A stretch of 26,085 nucleotides of DNA from a virus (Duplodnaviria > Caudoviricetes). The stretch lies in the IMG/VR virus record IMGVR_UViG_3300031977_000095, positions 1 through 26,085 of that record. The stretch is one strand, 5' to 3'. The position numbers and the translations under genes were made by a program. Each line of letters begins with the position of its first letter. The stretch's first letter is position 1. Positions 1 through 8,898 of this stretch are shown in pieces. A model generated the notes under the pieces. That model did no database searches. It saw only the letters and a list, made by a program, of their open reading frames with translations, and had not been told where the DNA came from.

Positions 1-1
1 A

Positions 2-73
2 GACCTGTATGCCTACCGACTGCTGGCGTACAAGACATACAAGCAATGGTACATGGATAATTATCATGGTTAA
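2..73 (+). CDS. 3' end of an upstream hypothetical gene (partial, ...DLYAYRLLAYKTYKQWYMDNYHG*)
   Basis: Frame 2 is open from the window edge to TAA at 71-73, in the same orientation as the downstream operon. Confidence 0.4.
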   Translation, partial: DLYAYRLLAYKTYKQWYMDNYHG

Positions 74-127
74 ACATATCTGCCAGCATTGTGTGTAGCA
101 ATGAGATTAAACGTGAGGAGAAAACAG

Positions 128-430
128 ATGAAAACACCCATCAAAAAACTTGAACGAAATAGGTATAAAAGAGCAAGAAGAAAACACTGGATTAACTTAT
201 ACAAAGTATCAAAAGGCTGTGTCTCTTGTGGGTATAATGACAGTCCATATGCTCTTGACCTAGACCACGTTGATGCTACAACAAAAGTAAAATCACCATC
301 AAAGATGTTTCTATTCACATTAAAGAGACTGATGGCTGAGATACGTAAGTGTCAGGTTATGTGTCGTAATTGTCATGGCATCAAGTCTGCCACTGATGAA
401 CTGAACAAAGCTAAAGGAGTAATTGTATGA
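128..430 (+). CDS. HNH-type endonuclease (zinc-binding)
   Basis: CVSCG ... LDLDHVD ... CQVMCRNCH motif set. SD GAGGAG at 115-120 favours ATG 128 over the track's start at 89. ATGA overlap with the next gene. Confidence 0.7.
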   Translation: MKTPIKKLERNRYKRARRKHWINLYKVSKGCVSCGYNDSPYALDLDHVDATTKVKSPSKMFLFTLKRLMAEIRKCQVMCRNCHGIKSATDELNKAKGVIV

Positions 431-960
431 ATAGATTTATTATTGACCATCACCCCGTTGCAATCGCAAAGCAACTATGCGATGAACACATTATTAAGAT
501 GGTGTTAGAGGAAGCACAGATGCTAAATACTGCGGTGCGTATCCATGCGCCTGAGTTTGCAGAGGAAGCTGGGTTGTACAAGAAAGCGTATGTACCGCAC
601 CCATGTACTGTGTGGGTTAGAGACAACGTCATGAATTACAAGTTTGGTCTACGTCTACTCAAAGCAATGAACGATGAGTATATGTACAGATACCCTGTCA
701 GGAGTACAGGTGAACCAAACACAGGGCATGCATCTATGCGTCACTACGATGCATTAGTAGAGGGAGCAAAGTATATACCTGACTACACTAATTTTGTGAC
801 CCCTCACCCTCAATGCTTCAGTGGGCTTGACCACTTAAAGACTGACGAACACTGGCCTATTGCAGCTTATCGTGCATTTTACAAGGTTGACAAATCTAAG
901 TTTGCCAGCTATAACAAAGGGCGTAGTATGCCACACTGGATGAAAGGAGAAGTAGCATGA
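427..960 (+). CDS. Pyrimidine-dimer DNA glycosylase / T4 endonuclease V (DenV)-like protein
   Basis: MNxF..D..P..A..LCDxHxxKMxLExAQML N-terminus, HPCTVW, and C-terminal AYRxFY..DK..A....R..P.W, typical of the phage Pyr_excise-like family. Confidence 0.7.
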   Translation: MNRFIIDHHPVAIAKQLCDEHIIKMVLEEAQMLNTAVRIHAPEFAEEAGLYKKAYVPHPCTVWVRDNVMNYKFGLRLLKAMNDEYMYRYPVRSTGEPNTGHASMRHYDALVEGAKYIPDYTNFVTPHPQCFSGLDHLKTDEHWPIAAYRAFYKVDKSKFASYNKGRSMPHWMKGEVA

Positions 961-1190
961 AGATAACACACGAAGAAAGAGTACAATTTCTAAAGGCTCA
1001 CAATGAGTTGAAGAATATGCTGATGACAATACATGAGTGCAGTGACCTGTGGATTTCAGATGTACGCAAACTAGAAAGCCTTGAACATCTGTTGCACAAC
1101 ACAATGAAGTTTGTTCCAGATACAGATGCTGAAGGCAGACCAAAGTATTATGCAGACTATGTGCTTGAAGAACTAGAGGAGAAAGAGTAA
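957..1190 (+). CDS. Hypothetical protein (77 aa)
   Basis: SD AAGGAG upstream and ATGA coupling to the previous gene. Confidence 0.7.
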   Translation: MKITHEERVQFLKAHNELKNMLMTIHECSDLWISDVRKLESLEHLLHNTMKFVPDTDAEGRPKYYADYVLEELEEKE

Positions 1191-1255
1191 TGGATGTAGC
1201 AAGTTTTATTCTGGGTATGTTTATAGTTGACATACTGTTTGAACTTATGTTATAA
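1190..1255 (+). CDS. Putative 21-aa hydrophobic peptide (MDVASFILGMFIVDILFELML)
   Basis: TAATG coupling with the upstream stop and GAGGAG SD upstream. Not in the ORF track. Overlaps a promoter. Confidence 0.35.
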   Translation: MDVASFILGMFIVDILFELML

Positions 1256-1256
1256 G
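1227..1256 (+). promoter_or_regulatory. Host sigma70-type promoter upstream of the DUF932 gene
   Basis: TTGACA (1227-1232), 18 nt spacer, TGn-TATAAG (1251-1256), followed by SD AAAGGAGA and ATG 1286. Confidence 0.6.
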
Positions 1257-1285
1257 ATATTATCACTTAACGAAAGGAGAAAGAC

Positions 1286-2137
1286 ATGCCGTTAGATTTA
1301 GTAAGTAATATTATAGATGAAGTGCCATCGAACCTACAGTTTGATGTACACTTTGAACCAACAAAGGTACGAGACAAGAAGTACGTTATCAATGGTGACA
1401 CTGGTGAATACATTGGGGTAGTGGGTGACACATTCAACTGTGCATCTCACAAAGATTTCTTTCATGGTGTACAAGACACGATGACTGAGACATTATCCAG
1501 CGATGAACTGAGTGACGCAAAGGTATCGTGGAAACGTGCGAGGCAGGATGCGTGGGCATTGATGGACATTCAATTGCCTAACACCATAGCCAAGATTGCG
1601 ACAGACAGACACGAGACTACAGTATCGCAGCGTATCATTGCGCTACATGGTATTGATGGTAGCTGTTCTAACCAAGTATTCTTTGGTGCTATTGACTTCT
1701 TCTGTACCAATGGTATGATAAGAGGTGAGCATGACAAGGTACGCAGAAAGAACACGTCCAACTTCACTATGGATAGGTTCATCAGTGACCTACGTAACTC
1801 ACGTCAGGACTTCTACAAGCAGACTGAACAGCTACAGCGTTGGGCAGAGACAAGCCTAGCAACAGTAGATGTACGGGCTTTCTTGGGGAAGCTATTGAAG
1901 TCTGACCGTACAGCAGACAAGATGTTTACCTTGTACAATCAAGAGGTTGGCATACGTGGACGTAATATGTTTGCGCTATATTCAGCCTTTACTAACTACG
2001 CTACCTACGCAGATGAACGTAATGGCTTTGCCATGCGTAACACTGGTAACGACACTGAGGCTGTCACCATGTTCAATCGTGAGAACAAAGTGGCACAGTG
2101 GGTAGGCAGTAATATGTTCCAACAACTAGCAGCATAG
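1286..2137 (+). CDS. DUF932/DUF945-like phage protein
   Basis: GxYIGVVG..F, HGIDGS and FFCTNGM motifs, then a helical C-terminus with N.FALYSAFT.Y. Strong SD. Confidence 0.65.
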   Translation: MPLDLVSNIIDEVPSNLQFDVHFEPTKVRDKKYVINGDTGEYIGVVGDTFNCASHKDFFHGVQDTMTETLSSDELSDAKVSWKRARQDAWALMDIQLPNTIAKIATDRHETTVSQRIIALHGIDGSCSNQVFFGAIDFFCTNGMIRGEHDKVRRKNTSNFTMDRFISDLRNSRQDFYKQTEQLQRWAETSLATVDVRAFLGKLLKSDRTADKMFTLYNQEVGIRGRNMFALYSAFTNYATYADERNGFAMRNTGNDTEAVTMFNRENKVAQWVGSNMFQQLAA

Positions 2138-2151
2138 AAAGGGGGTGTGCC

Positions 2152-3000
2152 ATGTTGACATTAGACAGTGCAATGGGTATGTTTATTGGACTCGCAGTGG
2201 GTGATGCGCTTGGCGCACCCCTAGAGTTTACTGACGCAAGAGAACCCAAAGATTATATAACTAAGTACCACACTGGTGGATGGCACGATGTAGATAAAGG
2301 TGAGTGGACTGACGATACAGCTATGGCACTAGCTATGGCACAGGCTTTCATCGACAATGAAGGTGAGTTCAATCCTGCTGACATCATGCACAACTGGTCA
2401 CGTTGGTACAACGCAGGAGAGTTTATACCGCGAGGTAAATGCTTTGACATTGGTGGTACAACACAAAGTGCTATTGATAAGTACAACAAAAACAATACGT
2501 TATACAATGGAGTATCACTTGACGATTCCTCTGGCAATGGTGCGCTTATGAGACTTGCACCTGTCGTGATGGTATCCAAGTCACCTGAACGTGCAATGGA
2601 AATGGCTGTGGCGCAGACAATATTGACGCATGGTACTCATGAATGTATTGAGTACAGCCGTGTGTTTGCACACGAATTGTGGCATGGTGATGCACTACAG
2701 AGATATGAAAAATACAAACTACCTTACACCATAGACAGAAAAGATGTTATGTCTGGTGGTCATGTCGTAGAAACATATCAATGTGCAATGTGGGCGTTTA
2801 GGACAACGACTTCGTTTGCTGATTGTGTTATCACAGCAGTTAATCGTGGGCATGATAGTGATACGTGTGGTGCAGTAGCTGGTATGATAGCTGGCGCACA
2901 CTATGGATTCCACGGCATACCGAATGAGTTCACAAAAGATTTGATGTGGTATAAAGAATTATGCAGAGTAGCAATCAAGCTACACAAGTTAGGAAGATAA
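2152..3000 (+). CDS. ADP-ribosylglycohydrolase (DraG/ARH family)
   Basis: GLAVGDALGAPLEF, GEWTDDT (metal-binding), FDIGGTT, GNGALMR and GHDSDTCGAVAGMIAGA: all canonical ARH motifs are intact. Confidence 0.93.
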   Translation: MLTLDSAMGMFIGLAVGDALGAPLEFTDAREPKDYITKYHTGGWHDVDKGEWTDDTAMALAMAQAFIDNEGEFNPADIMHNWSRWYNAGEFIPRGKCFDIGGTTQSAIDKYNKNNTLYNGVSLDDSSGNGALMRLAPVVMVSKSPERAMEMAVAQTILTHGTHECIEYSRVFAHELWHGDALQRYEKYKLPYTIDRKDVMSGGHVVETYQCAMWAFRTTTSFADCVITAVNRGHDSDTCGAVAGMIAGAHYGFHGIPNEFTKDLMWYKELCRVAIKLHKLGR

Positions 3001-3001
3001 T

Positions 3002-3919
3002 ATGAAGTTACAAAAGCTAGTACATGATTACACTTCTTCGTATGATTACAAACAGTTACGGGATGAAACTAAAGCACAGTATAAATACTTTATGAATGTA
3101 ATGCTACAAACAAAAGTAGAAGGAGTGCAACTTTTTTCCTTCGAGTGTGACAAAATTACAACACGTATGGCAAAGACTGCATACAATGAATGGTGTGAGC
3201 GTGGCATACATCTTGCCAATCATACCATCTCTGTGACACGCATCGTGTTTAACCACGGTGTGCGTGAAGAACTATGTCTAACTAATCCTTTCGCTATCGT
3301 GCGTAAGAGAGCCGCTGAGAAGCGTAAGGTTGTCTGGGGTAGGGAAGATGTACAGCAGTTCTTAGACGTAGCCTATGGCGATTTTAGGTGGCGTAACATA
3401 GGATTGATTGCACAGATGGCATACGAGTGGTGTCAGCGTCTGGGTGATATGCGTATGCTCACATGGGATAGTGTTAATCTGGTTGACCAGACTGTACATA
3501 TTGAGCAGTCGAAGCGTAGAGCAGAAGTGTTCTTGCCTATATCAGATGAGTTGCATCAAATGTTAGTACAACAAAATGAAGACTTTGGCTTTCAAGATTA
3601 CGTAGCACCACGACCAAAACCAATACGAGGTGTCTATCAACCATACACGCTGCACAAACTACCGTTATATGCACGTGAGATTATGGATGAGGCTGGATTA
3701 CCAAAGGAACTAAGGCTATCAGACTTACGTAGAACTGGTACAACTGAGATGGTAGATGCAGGTGTCGGTATCGGACAAATTATGTCGGTAACAGGACATG
3801 CTAATGCACAATCGGTCACACCTTATCTAAAAAATACACTGACCAGTGCTGATTACGCATTGACACAGCGTAAAAATCATGGTACAAGTACATCAAGTGC
3901 CGCAAAGGAAAGTGATTAA
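3002..3919 (+). CDS. int: Tyrosine recombinase / phage integrase
   Basis: N-terminal core-binding domain ending in NPF; catalytic R (QRLGDM), K (QSKRR), xDLRRT, GH and Y (VTPY). Confidence 0.88.
   Translation: MKLQKLVHDYTSSYDYKQLRDETKAQYKYFMNVMLQTKVEGVQLFSFECDKITTRMAKTAYNEWCERGIHLANHTISVTRIVFNHGVREELCLTNPFAIVRKRAAEKRKVVWGREDVQQFLDVAYGDFRWRNIGLIAQMAYEWCQRLGDMRMLTWDSVNLVDQTVHIEQSKRRAEVFLPISDELHQMLVQQNEDFGFQDYVAPRPKPIRGVYQPYTLHKLPLYAREIMDEAGLPKELRLSDLRRTGTTEMVDAGVGIGQIMSVTGHANAQSVTPYLKNTLTSADYALTQRKNHGTSTSSAAKESD
3860..3888 (+). promoter_or_regulatory. Sigma70-type promoter for the replication genes, inside the 3' end of int
   Basis: TTGACA (3860-3865), 17 nt spacer, TGg-TACAAG (3883-3888), ending 34 nt before the primase ATG. 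Confidence 0.5.
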
Positions 3920-3922
3920 TAC

Positions 3923-4714
3923 ATGAATAATATATATAACACTATAAGTGATATAGATATACCTAATGGAACTACAAAGAGAATGAATTGTCCTAAGTGT
4001 AATGGGTACAAAACATTTACAGTGACCAATAACATGGGTTCACTTGTATGGAATTGTTACAAGGCTTCTTGTGGTACTAAGGGTGGTACTCGTGTCCACT
4101 TATCAATGGATGATATACGTGCTGGCTTTGCTGGTGCAGAAGAGTATGCATCTGATGTACCCTTTGTATTACCTGACTGTGTTGTACCACATAACAACCA
4201 TAGTGAAGTCTTGACATGGACAGAACAGTGGGGTATAAATGCAGACGAACTTGGATTGATGTATGATGTGCGTGAGAACAGAGTGGTGTTCCCCGTTGTA
4301 CATCGAGGTAAGATGGTAGATGCGACAGGTCGCACACTGTCTAACCGATTACCTAAGTGGAAACGCTATGGTAAAAGCACCTTGCCTTTTTCGTTTGGTT
4401 ATGGTAGGGTAGCTGTAGTTGTTGAGGACTGTGTGAGTGCCGCAGTTGTAGGTAACGATGCTTTTGTTGGTGTCGCTGTGTTGGGAACATCGTTGTCCGA
4501 AGGACACAAGAGGTATCTTGCACAGTTCTCAACTGCTATCATTGCGCTAGACCCTGATGCTTTACCAAAGACATTAGCGTTTGCAAAAGAATTGAGAGGT
4601 CACGTATCTAACGTCAAGGTGTTACGCTTGACAGATGACCTGAAGTATCGTAACAAAGAGGACATGGACAACTTAATTGAGATAGGAGATATAAATGGAA
4701 TTATCACTGGTTAG
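3923..4714 (+). CDS. DNA primase (Zn-binding + TOPRIM)
   Basis: CPKC...WNCYKASC zinc finger; TOPRIM motifs VVVEDCVSA, LGTS and ALDPD. Confidence 0.85.
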   Translation: MNNIYNTISDIDIPNGTTKRMNCPKCNGYKTFTVTNNMGSLVWNCYKASCGTKGGTRVHLSMDDIRAGFAGAEEYASDVPFVLPDCVVPHNNHSEVLTWTEQWGINADELGLMYDVRENRVVFPVVHRGKMVDATGRTLSNRLPKWKRYGKSTLPFSFGYGRVAVVVEDCVSAAVVGNDAFVGVAVLGTSLSEGHKRYLAQFSTAIIALDPDALPKTLAFAKELRGHVSNVKVLRLTDDLKYRNKEDMDNLIEIGDINGIITG

Positions 4715-5915
4715 AAGTTTGATGGATAAAGGGTTCTACGATGACCATCGTGGCGCACGTTGTCCTGACAGACTGTTCAGCAAAGATGTACGCAGGATAA
4801 AGCAGACAGTTGATACTGCTATGCAGCGTTACGAGCGTACTGTAACACCTGATGAGGTTGAGGCATTGTTCATGTCCAACAACCCGACACTGACTACCGC
4901 ACAGAAGCAAGCATACTCTGCCTTGTTTCACAACATCAAGAAAGAGACACCTCTAGGTGGTGACATTGCGGGTGAGGTATTGTCTAAGTTGTTTCAGCAA
5001 GTGGTTGGAGAAGACATTGCCAACCTTGGTTTTGATTATGTCAATGGTGACAAGGCTACACTAGAACCTCTACGCAATCTGCTTGAGCAGTACAGTGATG
5101 ACTTTACCCCTGACTTAAAGGTTGAGTGGGATGACATCGACATGGACACACTGATGTCCAAGGCTGACCTTGAGGCACGATGGACATTCAATATCCCTAG
5201 CCTGACACGTAAGGTGGAAGGGGTAAACGCTGGTCACTTGATTGAGATTGGTGCTAGACCAAACACAGGCAAGACATCCTTTCATGCCAGCTTAATTGCC
5301 AGCCCATCCGGGTTTGCACATCAGGGTGCTAACTGCATTGTGTTGTGTAACGAAGAAGGTTATCACCGTGTGGGTGCAAGATATCTAACTGCCGCTACAG
5401 GTATGACTATGCAAGAGATAAAGAAGAACCCTAGTAAGGCACGTGATTTGTATCAGCCTGTAAAGGAACGCATCAAGATTAAGGATGCGACAGGCCGTGA
5501 CATGGCATGGGTAGAGTCCATCTGCAAAACATACAAGCCAGACATTGTACTGCTTGATATGGGTGACAAGTTTGCCAAGAGTGGGTATGCAAGACAAGAT
5601 GAGGCACTTAAAGCTAACGCTGTTCATGCCCGTCAGATTGCAAAGGAACATGAGTGTGCTGTATTCTATATGTCTCAGCTATCAGCAGAGGCAGAGGGTA
5701 AGGTACTACTCAATCAGTCGATGATGGAAGGTTCACGCACAGGCAAGGCAGCAGAGGCTGACCTAATGGTATTGATTGCCAAGAATCCTGTTGTCGATGG
5801 GCAGGACGAAGAAGATACACAGCGTCACCTCAACGTAGTAAAAAATAAGTTGACAGGATGGCATGGTGTGGTACATTGTGAACTGGATTATAAAACAGCG
5901 AGGTATGAAGCATAA
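4695..5915 (+). CDS. Replicative DNA helicase (DnaB/T7 gp4-like, SF4)
   Basis: Walker A GARPNTGKT, NEE, VLLD, SQLS, EADL and KNK motifs. Confidence 0.9.
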   Translation: MELSLVRSLMDKGFYDDHRGARCPDRLFSKDVRRIKQTVDTAMQRYERTVTPDEVEALFMSNNPTLTTAQKQAYSALFHNIKKETPLGGDIAGEVLSKLFQQVVGEDIANLGFDYVNGDKATLEPLRNLLEQYSDDFTPDLKVEWDDIDMDTLMSKADLEARWTFNIPSLTRKVEGVNAGHLIEIGARPNTGKTSFHASLIASPSGFAHQGANCIVLCNEEGYHRVGARYLTAATGMTMQEIKKNPSKARDLYQPVKERIKIKDATGRDMAWVESICKTYKPDIVLLDMGDKFAKSGYARQDEALKANAVHARQIAKEHECAVFYMSQLSAEAEGKVLLNQSMMEGSRTGKAAEADLMVLIAKNPVVDGQDEEDTQRHLNVVKNKLTGWHGVVHCELDYKTARYEA

Positions 5916-7954
5916 TGAAATTAACATTAGACGTAGAAAATGTAGGGCAGAACAGAGATGGTAAGAAACATCTTGACCCATTTGAACCAGACAATTCCCT
6001 GACTATGGTCGGTATGCTTACTGATACAGGTGAGGAGAAGATAGTTACCTTTGACCATCAGGACGTTGAGCCTACACCAAATGGTCATACTATTGTTCAG
6101 GAATGGTTAGACAAAGCAACTGTACTTATCATGCACAATGCAGCGCACGATTTGCTGTGGCTGTGGGAGTCAGGCTTTAAGTATGATGGCCCTGTGTTTG
6201 ATACAATGCTGGCTGAGTACGTTTTACAACGTGGTCAGAAGAAACCACTATCTCTTGAGGCTTGTGCAGAAAGATATGAGTTAGATACACAGAAGCAAGA
6301 CAGTCTGAAGGAACACTTGAATAGAGGTGGCACTACATATAATATGCATTATGATACTCTAGCAGAATACTTGTCTGCTGACATACACGCTACACAGGAA
6401 TTATCTAACAGATTAATGTGGAGACTAAATACAACAGACAGTAGACTATATGATACAGTTACCCTGACCAATCAGGTTTGTGTATCACTAGCACGTATCT
6501 ATCAGACAGGATTTACTGTTGACAAGGATGCATTGGATAGTGTAAAACAAGAGTATGAAGAAGAACGAGAACAGTTAATAAAGGATTTGCAAAAGCATGT
6601 TCGTAATATGATGGGTGATACACCTATCAATCTGAATAGTCCAGAGCAGTTGTCATGGGTTATCTATTCACGTAAGGTCAAAGATAAAACGTATTGGGCT
6701 AATACGATTGACCCTTATATGGATGACACAGACTTCCGCAATCTCCTGTCCAGTGGCACAGAGCGTCTGTATAAAACCAAAGCGGTTCAATGTACAGATT
6801 GCTCTGGGTCAGGATACATAACTAAGACAAAGAAGGATGGTACACCATATGCAAGACCTAATCGTTGCCCTACTTGTGATACTGCAGGGTTTCTGTTCAA
6901 TCCCACAAGCGAGATTGCTGGCCTCAAGTTCAAGCCGCCATCATCTAAGTGGGCTAGTGCAAATGGTTTTAGCACAAGTAAGCAGAACCTTGAGACACTT
7001 GGTAACATAGCCAAGGCAAAGGGCATGACAGATGCAGCAGAGTTTCTTTCTAAGGTCAGGCGTTTGAGTGCCGTTGATACGTACCTATCCTCATTTGTTG
7101 AGGGCATACGCACACACACTAAGAGTGACGGTAAGTTGCATGTTCGTTTATTGCAGCATCGCACACAAACTGGTAGGCTCTCTGGGGCTGACCCTAACAT
7201 GCAGAACATGCCACGTGGTGGTACGTTTCCTGTAAAGAAAGTATTTGTTTCACGTTGGAATGGTGGCAAGATACTTGAAGCTGACTTTGCACAGCTAGAG
7301 TTTCGAGCAGCCGCTTTCCTATCACAAGATGGAGTCGCAATTGAAGAAGTATCTACGGGATTTGATGTACATGCATATACCGCTTCCGTTATTAGTGATG
7401 CTGGTCAGCAGACGAGTAGACAAGATGCGAAAGCGCACACATTCGCACCCCTCTACGGAGCAACTGGCTATGGCAGAACACCTGCGGAAGCTGCGTACTA
7501 TGAGCATTTCACAGAGAAGTATCAGGGTGTTGCTTCGTGGCATAAGACACTTGCAAAAGAAGCTTTAAACACAGGCATGATACGCACACCATCAGGCAGA
7601 GAGTTTGCTTTTCCTGATGTAGTACGCAAGTCAAGTGGTAGAGTATCACACTTTACGCAGATAAAGAACTATCCAGTTCAGTCCTTTGCTACTGCGGATA
7701 TTGTGCCTATTGCATTGATGCATATTGAAGGGTTGCTTTCCAATATGAAATCATGTATAGTCAATACAGTACATGACAGTATTGTTATTGATGTACATCC
7801 TGACGAAGAAAGAGCAGTAATTGAGGCAATCAATAATACAAACAAGGAGTTACCTAATTTGATTGCATTAAGATGGGGCATTGACTTCAATGTACCTCTG
7901 CTTTTAGAGTCAAAAATAGGACCGAATTGGCTTGACACAAAGGATGTAAGCTGA
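5915..7954 (+). CDS. polA: Family A DNA polymerase with 3'-5' exonuclease and inserted DnaJ-type zinc finger
   Basis: Exonuclease motifs LDVE, HNAAHD, FDTM and YLSAD; polymerase motifs TGRLS..PNMQN, ADFAQLE (A), RQDAKAHTFAPLYG (B), NYPVQS and VHDS (C); insert CTDCSGSG...CPTCDTAG. Confidence 0.95.
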   Translation: MKLTLDVENVGQNRDGKKHLDPFEPDNSLTMVGMLTDTGEEKIVTFDHQDVEPTPNGHTIVQEWLDKATVLIMHNAAHDLLWLWESGFKYDGPVFDTMLAEYVLQRGQKKPLSLEACAERYELDTQKQDSLKEHLNRGGTTYNMHYDTLAEYLSADIHATQELSNRLMWRLNTTDSRLYDTVTLTNQVCVSLARIYQTGFTVDKDALDSVKQEYEEEREQLIKDLQKHVRNMMGDTPINLNSPEQLSWVIYSRKVKDKTYWANTIDPYMDDTDFRNLLSSGTERLYKTKAVQCTDCSGSGYITKTKKDGTPYARPNRCPTCDTAGFLFNPTSEIAGLKFKPPSSKWASANGFSTSKQNLETLGNIAKAKGMTDAAEFLSKVRRLSAVDTYLSSFVEGIRTHTKSDGKLHVRLLQHRTQTGRLSGADPNMQNMPRGGTFPVKKVFVSRWNGGKILEADFAQLEFRAAAFLSQDGVAIEEVSTGFDVHAYTASVISDAGQQTSRQDAKAHTFAPLYGATGYGRTPAEAAYYEHFTEKYQGVASWHKTLAKEALNTGMIRTPSGREFAFPDVVRKSSGRVSHFTQIKNYPVQSFATADIVPIALMHIEGLLSNMKSCIVNTVHDSIVIDVHPDEERAVIEAINNTNKELPNLIALRWGIDFNVPLLLESKIGPNWLDTKDVS

Positions 7955-7960
7955 TATAAC
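7932..7960 (+). promoter_or_regulatory. Sigma70-type promoter upstream of the SSB-like gene
   Basis: TTGACA (7932-7937), 17 nt spacer, TGa-TATAAC (7955-7960); SD TAAGGAG at 7981-7987. Confidence 0.7.
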
Positions 7961-7995
7961 TATCGAACTTTCAACTATGATAAGGAGTAAAATAT

Positions 7996-8898
7996 ATGAC
8001 ACAACTCACAACAATTGATACTAATAACTACGCAGCTATGGCTAAAGCTATGGGCATGGCATCAGAAGCCAGCAACACAAAGCAGAAGTCTAGCAGCTTG
8101 GCTCGATTGCGTATCAACCACAGCCCTGTCATGGGGCAGACGGAAGTAAAAGGTAAGATGGTCAACATGGAAGTTGTCTCTGGTGGTACATACAAACTAG
8201 AGATTCCTGATGGTGAGACTTACTACGCTTCATCAATTAAAGTACGCCCATTCATGCAACGGTTTATGTACAAGCGTTTTGTACGAGGCATGGGTGACGC
8301 ACCTAATCGCTACATAAAGACACTGATGAATGATGACTTGAACATTGACCTCAAGGATAATGATGGTGGCTTTAACTGTGGCAAACCTGCTGGTTACATC
8401 AAGGACTTCAAGGCATTGCCAGAGAAGATGCAAGAATTAATCAAGCAGATTAAACGTGTTCGTGTTGTACTTGGTACAGTAGAATTGACAGAAGCTATCA
8501 CTGCTAACGGTGATGCTGCTGACCTTGGTGCTGTTCCATTTATATGGGAGATTGACAATCGAGATGCTTTCAAGATTGTCGGTGAGAGTTTTACCTCACT
8601 TGCAAAAATGCAGCGTCTTCCTGTACAGCACATCATTACGGCTAACACTCAGGAAAGAAAGTTACCTAACGGTAATGCCTTTTACCTTCCAGTAGTGTCG
8701 CTAGATGTCTCAAAGACAATCGAACTGACTGACGCTGACCAAGCAATGTTTGCTGACTTTATGGCGTGGGTAGATAACTACAATTCGTACATCGCAAATA
8801 CATGGGCGGAAAAAGCTAACTCTGACATGGATGACGATGACGTAGATGTTGTAGACAGTCTCGTTGATATTGAGATTGAGGAAGACGAGGTAGCGTAA
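7996..8898 (+). CDS. Probable single-stranded DNA-binding protein
   Basis: Located after the polymerase, beta-rich core, very acidic C-terminal tail (DMDDDDVDVVDSLVDIEIEEDEVA), own promoter and strong SD. Confidence 0.55.
   Translation: MTQLTTIDTNNYAAMAKAMGMASEASNTKQKSSSLARLRINHSPVMGQTEVKGKMVNMEVVSGGTYKLEIPDGETYYASSIKVRPFMQRFMYKRFVRGMGDAPNRYIKTLMNDDLNIDLKDNDGGFNCGKPAGYIKDFKALPEKMQELIKQIKRVRVVLGTVELTEAITANGDAADLGAVPFIWEIDNRDAFKIVGESFTSLAKMQRLPVQHIITANTQERKLPNGNAFYLPVVSLDVSKTIELTDADQAMFADFMAWVDNYNSYIANTWAEKANSDMDDDDVDVVDSLVDIEIEEDEVA

Noticed and set aside
2155-2183. TTGACA-N17-TATGTT at the start of the ARH gene
   Set aside because: It lies downstream of the ARH start codon, so it cannot drive ARH, and it is over 800 nt from int. 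Possible but unsupported.
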